Part shown: in pieces, positions 30,183 to 41,136 of the stretch | How positions within the stretch are numbered: position 1 is the first letter of the stretch | Layout of the letters: each line of letters starts with the position of its first letter | NCBI GenBank assembly: GCA_963700285.1 | Contig: CAVOXA010000014.1 | Location: forward strand, 128,001 to 192,000 | DNA length: 64,000 nt | Origin: an uncultured Chloroflexia bacterium | Lineage (GTDB): Bacteria > Chloroflexota > Anaerolineae > JAAYZQ01 | Reading direction: 5' to 3' | Translations under genes and position numbers: made by a program | The notes under the pieces: generated by a model | Database searches by the model: none | What the model was told of the DNA's origin: nothing | Seen by the model: the letters and a program-made list of their open reading frames with translations, nothing else

Positions 30183-31744
30183 TTACCTCCAGGTTGATGA
30201 GTACGAGGATTGTGGCTCGCCAGGAGCTTTGAGAGGTACTTCCCGCAGACCCAGCTCGGCCAGTAGCGACCGCGCCACGCGCAAGCCACCCAGGGCCACG
30301 GCCGGCACCGACTGCCCGGGAAAGACGCTGTCGCCCACCAGCCACAGGCCAGGTGCCAGCCGCGGCCCCCAGGCTCGGAAGAGGCTGGTCTGCGGGAAAC
30401 CACCCACCCAGCCCCAGTCCCGGCGGGTGAAGCGCTGAAACGTAACCGGCGTGCCGGGCAGAATCAGGTTGGCGGCGTCCCGCAAGAGGGGCACCGCAAC
30501 CTCGGCCAGCGGCCAGTACTCGTTCCGCATACGATTGCTTGCGGGCCTTGTAGGCCTCGCGATCATGCTCGTACAGATCCCACCACGGATCTAGCTCGGT
30601 ATGGGTGCTGAGGGTGAGCGTGCGCTGTCCCTTCGGCGCGCGATCCTCATCCCACGCTGGGCTGAGCGACAGAAAAACGGTATTGCCGTTGCCCATCGGC
30701 TCGCGCACCACGACCTGGTGGTGCAGCGGAAAACCGGCGGGCACGGCGGCACCATCCAGGCCGACGTAGACCATGAAGGCGCCCCACACCTCCTGCGGGC
30801 GGGGCGGAAGCGTGCGCAGTCTGTGAACGCGCAGGCCGCGCGCCTCGTGCTCACCCAGCAGCCGGGCAACGTTCCACGGCGGCAGATTGGCGATCACGAC
30901 GTCGGCGGGGAAGGACTGCTCCCTTTTTCGTCTCCACGGCCACCGGTCGCCCGCGCTCGACGGCGATGCGCGTGGCCTCCTGGCGAAAGTGCACCTGCCC
31001 GCCGTTGCGCCGCACAGCTTCGACCAGCGTCCCGGCGATGGCTCCCATGCCGCCCTCTGCGTGGGCCACGCCGCGACGGGGTAGGTCCAGCGCCGATGCG
31101 CCGTAGAGGGCGTTGGCGTAGCGGCTCGTCGTCTGGGCGGCGATGAGCAGTTGGGCATCCACGAACAGCCGCAGCCGCTCAGACGCGCCGCGCAGGTGGG
31201 TACTGACTGGGCGGAACGCATCGAGCATCAGCGACGGCCTGAGCCGATTCCGCAGATCGTTGCCCAGCCAGGCGAGACCATCGCCCACCAGGTGGGCAGC
31301 CTCGCCGGGAGTCTGAGGCGGCCAGGCCGGCAGCCGCAGCGCCAGGTCCCACAGGGCGTCAGAGGTGGCTTCCTGCCAGCGCCAGAAGGGCTCGGCCTCG
31401 GGGCCAAAGGCGCGGCGGCGTTCGTTCCAGCGCTCTTCGCCACAGTAACGGGTGACGCTCGCACCATCGGGCAGGTGGACGACCATGGCCGGGTCGTCGG
31501 GCTGGACCGGCCAGCGGTTTATGCCCACAGCTTGGGCCACAAGGTCCATCGGCCCGCCGGGGTAAAAGCCAGCGGGCAGGGTCGCCCCGACGTCGAAGCG
31601 GTAGCCCTGGTGATAAAAGGTCCCGGCGCAGCCCCCGGCGTAGACGTGGGCCTCCAGCACGGTGACGTCCAGGCCGGCGCGGGCCAGCAGCGCCGCCGTC
31701 GTCAGTCCGCCGATTCCTGCACCGATGACGACAACGCGACTCAC
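30183..31744 (-). CDS. FAD-dependent carotenoid desaturase, CrtD/CrtI family (frameshifted)
   Basis: [52 protein letters not shown]. Confidence 0.82.
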
Positions 31745-32091
31745 GCTGCAGCTTCTTCCAGCAAACGCCGAGTTTTCCAGCCTCGATAGGCAAAGAGCAG
31801 CGCTAAGGCGAGCCACATGGCCAAACCGACAGATCGCCAGAACAGGTGCGGCTTGAGCTGCGCATCCACCTCGTCAATCACCTGGGTCGCCGCCTCGTCC
31901 ACGGCCACAAAGCTATGGTGATGGGCCCAGGAGGCAAAAGGACCGCGTACCTGACGGTCCAGAAAACCGGTCGGCGAGACATCCTCCACGCGGGCCACCC
32001 AGTGCACGGGTAGGGGCCCCACCCACATGGTGAAATCCATCTCGTCGCTGTCGCCCATAATCCAGCAGAATCTCGGTCTCCCCCGTTCCAT
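31741..32091 (-). CDS. SRPBCC/START-like protein, N-terminus truncated or frameshifted
   Basis: [25 protein letters not shown] motifs. Confidence 0.7.
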   Translation of the reverse strand: MERGRPRFCWIMGDSDEMDFTMWVGPLPVHWVARVEDVSPTGFLDRQVRGPFASWAHHHSFVAVDEAATQVIDEVDAQLKPHLFWRSVGLAMWLALALLFAYRGWKTRRLLEEAAA

Positions 32092-32175
32092 CCAACCCTA
32101 CTCCTTCCCTGCCCTCACGCACGGTAATGCGTCCAATCCTATCGTTGTCGCAACGCGTTTGCCGACGGGCCTCGC

Positions 32176-33018
32176 CTACTCCTGCGCCTTGATGGCCACA
32201 AAGCCGACGGCACCCGGACCGATGTGGGTGCCAATCACAGGTGTTACCTCGGCGGACAGGGACAACACGCCCTCGGGATCCAGGTATCTGGCCTCGCGCC
32301 CCAGCGCTTCCGCTTCTTCGGGCGCGTGGGTGTGGACCAGAGCCAGTTCCTCAAGCGATCCCAGTCCACTCAGCAGCTCGATCACTCGGGCCAGGGCCGC
32401 CTTGCGCGTGCGCACCCGTTCCATGTCGAATTCCCCGTTGTTCATCTTGAGCAGCGGCTTGATCTGTAGTACCGAAGCGAGGCCGGATTGGAATCGGGTC
32501 AGGCGCCCACTGCGGCGCAGGTACTCTACGGTATCCAGGGCGGCGAAGCAATAGGTGCGCGCTGCCAGGTCTTCGAGGAGGGCCACGATCTCGTCCATGG
32601 TGCGCCCCTCGGCAGCAGCCCTTGCTGCCGCCAGCACCTGCAGGCCGGTGCCCAGCGTCAAGTTTCCCGAATCAAAGACGGTCACCGGCAGCTTGTCCCA
32701 CTCTTCCGCCGCCAGGCGGGCCGAGTTCACCATGGCGCTCAGACTGCCGGCTACGTGTATGGCCAGGATCTCGGTCGCTCCCTCGGCAGCCAGCTTGTCA
32801 AACGTCTCAATGAACGTCCCCGGCCCGGGAACCGACGTCATCGGATGGCTATCGAAATGGGGCAAGCCCTCGTAGAACTCCTGGCGCGACATCGTGACAC
32901 CATCCAGGTAGCTTTCGGAGCCGATGTTGATGTACATCGGCACGACGGTGATGCCATACTCGTCTACCATCGCCTGGGGAAGATCGCAGTTGCTGTCGGT
33001 GACAATCCTTATAGACAT
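32176..33018 (-). CDS. DegV-family fatty-acid-binding protein
   Basis: IRIVTDSNCDLP, YLRRSGR, IKPLL, IGTHIGPG. Confidence 0.93.
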   Translation of the reverse strand: MSIRIVTDSNCDLPQAMVDEYGITVVPMYINIGSESYLDGVTMSRQEFYEGLPHFDSHPMTSVPGPGTFIETFDKLAAEGATEILAIHVAGSLSAMVNSARLAAEEWDKLPVTVFDSGNLTLGTGLQVLAAARAAAEGRTMDEIVALLEDLAARTYCFAALDTVEYLRRSGRLTRFQSGLASVLQIKPLLKMNNGEFDMERVRTRKAALARVIELLSGLGSLEELALVHTHAPEEAEALGREARYLDPEGVLSLSAEVTPVIGTHIGPGAVGFVAIKAQE

Positions 33019-33066
33019 CAGCTCATCCCTCCTCGATAATTGGCCTACAAGCCCTTCCATGAGGGC

Positions 33067-33106
33067 ATTATAGCACGTTGTCATGGTTTTGTCAATAGTT
33101 TGGACA
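33067..33106 (-). promoter_or_regulatory. Promoter overlapped by three 11-bp-phased repeats (CarH/LitR-like operator)
   Basis: TGTCCAaacta-TTGACAaaacc-ATGACAacgtg-c-TATAAT; 17-bp -35/-10 spacer. Confidence 0.7.
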
Positions 33107-33177
33107 GGTTTCTGGAGTTAAACTTGCATTAAAACTGGGCACAACCTTGACAACCAGCAAGGCATGGAGGTTCTGAT

Positions 33178-33673
33178 ATGAATCACCAACGGATCGAGCC
33201 TGGACCCGGTCAGGAATCGGTGTGGGATTATCCTCGTCCGCCGCGCGTTGAAGAGACAGCGCGGCATGTGAAGGTCGTTTTCGACGGTGAGGTGATCGCC
33301 GATACGCGCCGGGCGAGGCGGGTGCTGGAGACGAGCCATCCACCCGTCTACTACATCCCGCCGGAGGACGTCCGGATGGAATACCTGACCGAGACGGGCC
33401 GCCGCACCTGGTGCGAGTGGAAAGGGCAGGCCGGCTACTACAGCCTACGGCGTAAGCGGGCGGCGAGTGGAGAATGCTGCCTGGTTTTATCCACAACCCA
33501 CCACCGGCTACAAAGAGATCCAAGGACACGTGGCCTTTTACCCGGGAAAGATGGATGCCTGTTACGTGGATGGCGAGCGGGTCCAGGCTCAGCCCGGCGA
33601 CTTTTACGGCGGCTGGATCACCGGTGACATCGTGGGACCGTTCAAGGGCGAGCCGGGAACGGCGGGCTGGTAG
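33178..33673 (+). CDS. DUF427 family protein (frameshift near 33450)
   Basis: ESVWDYPRPP, LETSHPPVYYIP, CEWKG, GDFYGGWIT. Confidence 0.85.
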
Positions 33674-33723
33674 CCCTGCACACCCTGGTGGCAGCATTGC
33701 AGTGCGCCCTTGTGACAGTTTCA

Positions 33724-34610
33724 CTACCGTCTGGGTGAGAATCGAGGTCGGGGGATCAGCACCGGGGTGCGTTCCTTGTAGGCCTCGTAGTCCTCCTGGC
33801 CGCCCCATTTCTCGTCGGCCCTTTTCTCCAGCATGGGCACGCCGCTGACGCGGGTGAGCAGCAGGGTGACAAATACCGGGGAGATCAGGGTGACCCACTG
33901 CCAGCCCCGCAGGACGGGCAGGGCGATGATGGCCACGCCGATCCAGAGCACGATCTCGCCAAAGTAGTTGGGGTGGCGGGACCAGGCCCACAGACCGCTG
34001 TCGATGAATCTGCCCTTGTTCGCCGGATCCGCCCGGAAGCGGCTCTTCTGGGCGTCGGCCGCCGCCTCGAACGCGAACCCGAGCAGCCAGACCACAAAGC
34101 CGACCAGCGCAAACAGGCCCAGCTCCTTGCGGGTGGTCGTGGTGATGGCCGCCAGCGCGGCGGCCAGCGTGAGGGTCACCCACAAGCCCCTGCAGGGTCC
34201 AGGTCAGCAGGAAGCGGGGGAAGGAGGGCTTGATCTCGTCAAAGCGGGCGTCCTTGCCTGCCTTGCGGATGCGGCGGAACAGGAAGGTGCCCAGGCGGAC
34301 CGCCCAGATCACCACCAGGCCCAGCAGCAAGAGTCGACCGGCCATCGACGACCGGGCTGAGCAGCACCGCAATGGCCGTCACCGAGATGTAGGTGATGCT
34401 GCCGGTGAGGTCAAAGAACTGCTCGCTCTGCAGCAGGTAGGCCGGGATGAAGGCCAGCCACTGGATCAGGAAGGCCAGCCCCACACACAGGGCAAAGACC
34501 GGGATGCCGGCGACCGTGGCGCCCCCCTGGCTGCCGGCCCAGGCGATCCCCACACCGACCAGGACGATGACGGGCAGGGCGAGCAATGAGTTACGATCTG
34601 CTTTCTTCAT
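33724..34610 (-). CDS. DUF1295 / steroid 5-alpha-reductase-like membrane protein (frameshifted)
   Basis: FFDLTGS, GKDARF, ADAQK, GLWAWSRHPNYFGE, SGVPMLE. Confidence 0.88.
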
Positions 34611-34816
34611 AGGGTTCTCTGTCCTCTCTGCCCCAGCGGATCGGTGGGGCAGGCCACCATCTGGACAATCCAGATGACTTGTCTGGAGAATTATATCACA
34701 GATTGACCGAGACCGCCAGCTTTCCGGCCGGACTTCCAGCAAGACGCCCGTGTACTTCGTCCTCGATTGGTCGTCGCTCGTTGGTCCATAACTCAGCCGG
34801 AGCATCGTTCCGCCCC

Positions 34817-37800
34817 TCAATGCGGCTCGATGACCACATCCTGCCAGAACCAATTCCTGAGGGAGGAGGCGGGGCTCTTTTTCACCCAGGGCTTGACCAG
34901 CAGATGCCGGCGCATATAGATCAGGGGAAGTATCGCAGCCTGCTCAAGCGCGATCTTGTCTGCCTGCTGATACAGCACCATCCTATCCCGCTGATCTGTG
35001 AGACGCCTGGCCTTCTCCACCAGATCGAGAAACCCCTCGTGCTGCCAGCTCCCTCGGGTCCAGCGGCGCATGCCCACCCGCAGGGGATTGTCCGGGTCGG
35101 CATAGTCGGTGACCCACGCCCCGAGCCACATGTGGGGAAGCTCTTCGTCCAGCATACTGAGATAATTTGCCCAGTCCAGCGATGAGGCCAGGGTGACAGG
35201 AACCTCGAGGCTCTCCTGCCACATGATGAGGGGAACCTCGCCAAAAGGCTCCCTGCCTCGCCACACCGGCAGTTCAATCTCCGGGAAGCCTCGCCCACCC
35301 GGAAAGCCAGCCTCGGCCAGGAGAGCGCGCGCGCGGTTGAGGTCATAAGGCAGGCCGATATTCGGAGAATGACCAGGCATCGTCGGTGGTATTACTCCCC
35401 CGGTGGCCGGAAAATAGTGTCCCCGGAAGGCGACATCCGCCAGCGTCTCCCTGTCCGTAGCCAGGGCAAAGGCCTGTCGCACACGCACGTCGTCAAATGG
35501 GGGGCGGCTTGCATCGAAAGCGATGTGAAAGTGCCCCGGCACGGGGACCGATACGTATTCATCTGCAAGTCGCTGTCTCAGGCCCTCCACTTCTGGCTCC
35601 GGAAACCCCAAGGTCTCCAGGATGTCGAGATCGCCAGCCTCGTACATCTCCAGCTTGCGAGGCCATGCCTCGAGCGGAAGCACCCAAACCTCCACACGAT
35701 CTACGTTGCCTGAACAGAGACCATGATATCGACGATTGCGCGCCAGGACCAGCCGTTCTCCCGGCTGCCAATTCTCCAGCATAAAGGGGCCATTCGTCAC
35801 GATGTTTCCTGCTGCTGCCCAGGCATCGCCGTAGGCCTCCACGATGTGCCGGGGTACCGGCAAGAGGAATGGCAGCAACTGAAGGAAATGGCCGGTTGGC
35901 CGCTCCAGTTCAACAACAAGGGTTGTGGCATCCAGCGCCTGGATCGCCACTTGGTCCGGATCTGTTTCCTGACCCTGGTGGTAGGCCCGGGCTCCCCGGA
36001 TATCGTGCAGCCCCTGTGCAGCGGCCGATCCAGTCGCTGGATCCAGGATGCGCTTCCAGCTGTATTCAAAATCGTGCGCCGTCACCTGGACGCCATCGCT
36101 CCACCACACATCGTCCCGCAGGTGAAAGCGATACTTGCGGCCTCCTCCAGGACCTCCCAGCTCAGGGCCATATCGGGAACGATATCCATCTCCGGGGTCA
36201 GGATCGCCAGCCCGCTGAATAGATGCTGGATCACTTGGGCTGAGTCATCGTCGTTGACCGCAGTCGGATCCAGAGTGAGAAGGACCCCGATGGATACTCT
36301 GAGGGCATGGGGGGCAGGTCGCAACAGGATAGAAGGCTGTGGCCTTCCTGCCTTTTGCCACATGGCGAAACCGTCGTCGTAGGCCTGGCGGGCCTGGCGA
36401 AAGTCAAAGGCATTGTGGTGGGTCAGGCCCAACTTCATCAGCGTCCGGGCTGCCTGCTCATGGTCCCCACGCTCCTTGAGAAAAGCCAGCGCCCGCTCGT
36501 AGGCGCGGATCGCCTCCGGATGGGCGTACAGACCCCGCGCCCTGTCCCCTGCCTGGAGCAGATACCCCACAGCTTCGCCGCTGCGCCCGGCCAGCGCCAG
36601 GTGGTCGGCGATCAGACCCGTGTACTCGGCAACCCGCTCCCCACCCTGCTCCAGCAGCCAGTCGGCGACCAGGCCATGGTACACCCGCCGCTCCCGTCTC
36701 AATACGCTCTCGTAGCTGATCTCCCGCAGCATGTTGTGCTTAAAGATGTACTCCTGGGCATCCGCAAAGGTGGACGTCTCCCGCTGGAAGACCAGCTCTC
36801 TGCCCCGAAGAGCCGACAACTTTTCCTCCACCTCCGCGTCCGTTATCCCCTCACCGGCCGACTGGTTTATGCGGGCCACGGCCTGATCCCAGAACAACCG
36901 CCCCACCACCGACGCCTGCTGCAGCACCGTCCGCTCAACCGCCGGCAGGAGGTCCAACCGGGCCTGCAACACACCGGTCAGGGTGGGCGGCACCCGGACT
37001 TCCGCCAAACGCGCAGTCTCCAGCCGCCACTCCGTCCCACTCTTGACGATCACACCATCCTCAACGAGCATCTTGATCAGCTCTTCGATGAAGAAAGGAT
37101 TGCCCTCCGCCCCGGAGACCACGAGGTCGAGCAGCGCTTTTGGTGGGTGGTCCATCCTTCGCAGGATCTGGGCTACCAAGCGCCGGCTATCCCACTTGGA
37201 CAGGGGATCCAAGTCAAGGCGGCTGTGGAAGGGCTGGCCCTCACCCCAGCGAGGCCGCCGCTCAAAGAGCGACGGGCGCGCCGCACCGACGGTCATCACC
37301 GGCTGGCCTTCCAGGGCCAGGACCAGGTGGTTCACCGCATCCAACGAGCTTTCGTCCGCCCAGTGCAGATCCTCCAGCAGAACCAACACCGGACCCTGGG
37401 CAGCCATGCCCCGGAAATAATCAGCCAGGTTCGCCAGCCCCCGGTTGCGGACCTCCTGGGCATCGCTCAGCACGCCGTCCGGCTGTGGGCTTTCCCCAAG
37501 CTCAAACCCGAGCAGGTAGCCAATGAGATGAGCCGCGCTTTGACTCTCACTGGAGCCGCCCAGGGCCGCTGCCACGCCTGCGTCGAGCTTCTCTCGTACC
37601 TGTGCCGGCGGGTCACTGTCCAGGATCTCGAAGCGAAAGGCCAGCAGGTCACGGATCAGCCGGTAGGGCAGGTTCTGCATCTCCTGGCTGGCGCGCCCCT
37701 TGAAATAGTAAAACTGCTGGGGCAGCAACTCGGACCACAAGTCGAACTCATAGAGCAGCCGCGACTTGCCGACACCGGCCTCGCCGCTGACGGTCACCAT

Positions 37801-38761
37801 CTGCAGCTCACCGTCCTCCATCGCCGTGTAAAAGGCATCCTGCAGGCGCTTCAACTCCGCTTCCCGGCCCACCATGCGCGTCTCTATACCTTCCACGCCC
37901 CGTTCCGGCTTGCGAAAAGCCCTCGCTTTGGCCCGCTCCACCAGGTAGGTCTGGACTGGCACCGACCGGCCTTTGACGTGTAACGGTTCCTGGGGCTGGA
38001 CATCAAAGACGCCGCGCACATGACGGTAGGTATCGTGGCTGATCAGGATGCCGCCCGACGGCGCGTTCTGCTCCATGCGGCGCCGCCAGGTTGACCGCGT
38101 CACCCATGGCCGTATACTCGACCCTGAGATCGGTGCCCACTTCGCCGACGACCACCAGCCCGGTGTTGATACCCACCCGCACGGCAAAGCCCCGGATCCC
38201 GCGCTCCCGCTCCAACTTGATGCCGTACTCCTGAGCCCCTGCGATGATGTCCAGTGCAGCCTTGCAGGCGCGCTCCGGGTCATCCTCGTGGGCGATGGGC
38301 GCTCCGAAAAAGGCCAGGATGGCGTCACCCATCAGCCGAGCAACAGTTCCCTCCTGGCGATAGATCGGCCCCATCAGGACATCAAAGGCGCCATCCATGA
38401 TCTCGAGCCATTCCTCCGGGTCCAGCTCCTCGGCCAAAGCCGTCGAACTCTTGATATCGGAAAACAGAATCGTGACCATGCGGCGTTCGCGGCTCAGGCG
38501 ACCGCGGGTGGCCTGCAGCCGGTCGGCGTACTCTCTCGGTACCAGGCGGTGCAGCCGCTCTGCAACGGCATCGGAAGAGCCACTGGCTTGGACGTCCACC
38601 TCCGCCGCTATCTCGCCGCCGCACACGAAGCAAAAGCGTGCATCCGGATCAGGCGGCAGATCTGTTCCACACTGGGGACATACCAGGGACAGCTTGGACC
38701 CACACCTCATGCAGAAACTAGCGCCGTCAGGGTTCCATTTTTCGCATTGCGAACAGCGCAT
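34817..38761 (-). CDS. Zinc ribbon-class III nucleotidyl cyclase-AAA/STAND ATPase-TPR-peptide-binding (family 5) fusion, copy 2 (frameshifts near 38080 and 36130)
   Basis: CxxC ribbons; ILFSDIKSST, RLMGDAI, YTAMGDAVNLAAR; GEAGVGKS, LEDLHWAD; WSDGVQVTAHDF, PFDDVRVRQA. Confidence 0.85.
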
Positions 38762-38874
38762 CGTACCCCCTCAGCAATGGCAATGCCAGACCGGTCCAAC
38801 CCATTTTACATCAGATCCCGAAATAGGCCAAGGTCCAGTTCCGAAGGCTTGAGCTTGGCGTTCGGCGAATGCCA

Positions 38875-39927
38875 TCACGTCTCATGCAGCCGTGGATCAA
38901 GGGCATCCCGCAGCCCATCGCCAACAAAGTTGAAGGCCAGCGTCAGCAGGGTCAGCGCCAGGCCGGGCACTAGGACCAGGTGCGGGTTGGAGCGAAGGCC
39001 GGGATAACCCTCCTGGATCATGGCCCCCCAGCTTGGCGTCGGCGGGTTCACGCCCAGCCCGATGAAGCTCAGCGCCGCCTCGGCAAAGATAAAGCCGGGG
39101 ATGGCCAAGGTGGCGACCACCAGTAGGGGACCGATGGTGCTGGGCAGCAGGTGCCGAAACAGGATGCGCATCCTGCCCGCGCCGATGGCCCGGGCGGCCA
39201 GGACGAATTCCCGCTCCTTGTGGCTAAGCACCTGTCCCCGGGCCAGACGGGCGATGCCCAACCAGCTCAGCGCCCCCAGCGCGATGAACAAGAAGAGCAG
39301 CCCGCCCAGGGCATTGTTGGCCCCTATGAGAAAGCCGGCAGGACCGGTCGCCCCCTGGCGCGAGAGGGCCTTGAAATAGACCTGGAGCAGGATGATCAAC
39401 GTCAGCCCGGGGATGGCGTACAGAAAATCGACCACGCGCATCAGGGCCTCGTCCGTCCGCCCGCCGCTGTAGCCCGAAACAGCGCCATAGATGACCCCGA
39501 CGGCCAGGCTCACGGCCGTTGCCACAAAGGCCACGGCCAGGGAGACGCGGGCGCCGTAGACGGTCCGGCTCCAGAGATCGCGGCCCAGCCCGTCGGAGCC
39601 AGCAAGGAAGACTGTGCACGCTGGCTGCAAAGGGGTCCCGGCCCAGTGGCATTTCACCAGATGGTCCTCGTCGACACCGTAGCGGGTGAAGGGTTTGGCT
39701 CGACCGTTGGCGGTGTTCAGCGCGGCATAGTCATAAGGCGTGATGCAGGGAGCGATGATGGCCAGGAACACGACCAGAGCAATGAAAAGCGCTCCGGCCA
39801 CGGCCACCCTGTTGCGGCGAAACTGGCGCCAGGCATCTGTTACCGGACCCCGGCCCGTGCGCAGTTGATCCTGAACCCGTACTGCTGCTGGCCCCTCGTC
39901 TGCCATACTCACCAACGCTTCAGTCAT
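38875..39927 (-). CDS. Peptide ABC permease, OppC-like
   Basis: GSDGLGRD, EAALSFIGLG, GDGLRDALDPR. Confidence 0.92.
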   Translation of the reverse strand: MTEALVSMADEGPAAVRVQDQLRTGRGPVTDAWRQFRRNRVAVAGALFIALVVFLAIIAPCITPYDYAALNTANGRAKPFTRYGVDEDHLVKCHWAGTPLQPACTVFLAGSDGLGRDLWSRTVYGARVSLAVAFVATAVSLAVGVIYGAVSGYSGGRTDEALMRVVDFLYAIPGLTLIILLQVYFKALSRQGATGPAGFLIGANNALGGLLFLFIALGALSWLGIARLARGQVLSHKEREFVLAARAIGAGRMRILFRHLLPSTIGPLLVVATLAIPGFIFAEAALSFIGLGVNPPTPSWGAMIQEGYPGLRSNPHLVLVPGLALTLLTLAFNFVGDGLRDALDPRLHET

Positions 39928-40163
39928 GGGTGCGCCCTGGTCATTGCGCTCTGGGTCTAGGACTGGCAGGATCACTGCCACCCTCAACCTAGTCTTTGAA
40001 GAGGACACATGGCAATGCTATCACTGATTGGGTCCCGGGAGTCCCCAGCTTGCTGGGGTTCTTGCCCTCCGGGGACAGTCGCCCAGAGCAGGGCTTTGAC
40101 CTTGGCACAGGCGGACGCCCGGAACCACCACCGAGGGTCATCTATCAGACCAACAGTATCCCA

Positions 40164-41136
40164 TCAGTCGTACCGGATCCGTGGATCCAGCCAGGCGTAC
40201 ATGATGTCGACCATCAAGTTCCCGGCAACCAGGAATAGCGCATAGATCAGGGTGATGCTGGTCAGCAGAAAGTACTCGCGACTGCCGACGCTCTCCACGA
40301 ACTTTCGGCCCAGGCCGTCCAGGGCAAAGATCTGCTCGACGATGAAAGTCCCGGTGAGGACTCCGGCCAGGAGCGGGCCCAGGATGGTGGCCAAGGGGAT
40401 CATGGCGTTCTTGAGCACGTGGCGCAGTAGGACCCATTCCTCGCGCACGCCCTTGGCCCGGGCCGTCCGGGTATAGTCCTCGGACAGTACCTCCAGCATG
40501 CTGGCCCGCAGCAGGCGGGCGATACCGGCCGACAGCCCCAGACCCAGGGCGAGCACGGGCAGCACGGCATGCCGCCAGAAATCGGCCGTCGGCCGCGGCA
40601 GGAAACCCAGGATGTAGGGTGGCTCGGCCCCCCAGAAGGCGATGGGGAACCAGTCGAGGCGCAGGCCCAGAATCAGGATCAGCGCTGGACCCAGGACGAC
40701 GACGGGCATCGACGCGCCCAGCACGGCGAAAAAGGTGGCCGAATGGTCGACGAATGTGTTTCGCCGCCAGGCCGCGATCAAGCCGGCCGGCATGCCGATG
40801 GCGAAACCCACGAGCAGGGCCAAAACCCCGAGTTGGATGGAGACCGGCAGCGTGCGGGCCACCACGTCGTTCACCGTCTGGCCCGGCATGTGCAGCATGG
40901 GCCCCAGATCACCACGCAGCAGGTTGCCCATGTAGGCGCAGGAATTGCTCTGGCCAGAGGCCGGTCCAGGCCGTAGCGCTTCTCCATGACTAGACGGATG
41001 GATCGGGCATGTCCTTCTGGCCCATGGTGGAGAAGGGACCGCCGGGCAGGGCCTGGATCAGGGCAAAGGTCGCCGCGGCGATGGCAAAAAGTACCGGAAC
41101 CGACAGGAGCAACCGCCGGACAATGTGCCGGGTCAC
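40164..41136 (-). CDS. Peptide ABC permease, OppB-like (frameshifted near the 5' end)
   Basis: RHIVRRLL, PGGPF, RTARAKG, DPRIRYD. Confidence 0.9.

Noticed and set aside
33711-33725. TGTGA...TCACT as a CRP site
   Set aside because: Spacing is N5 and it lies between convergent gene ends.
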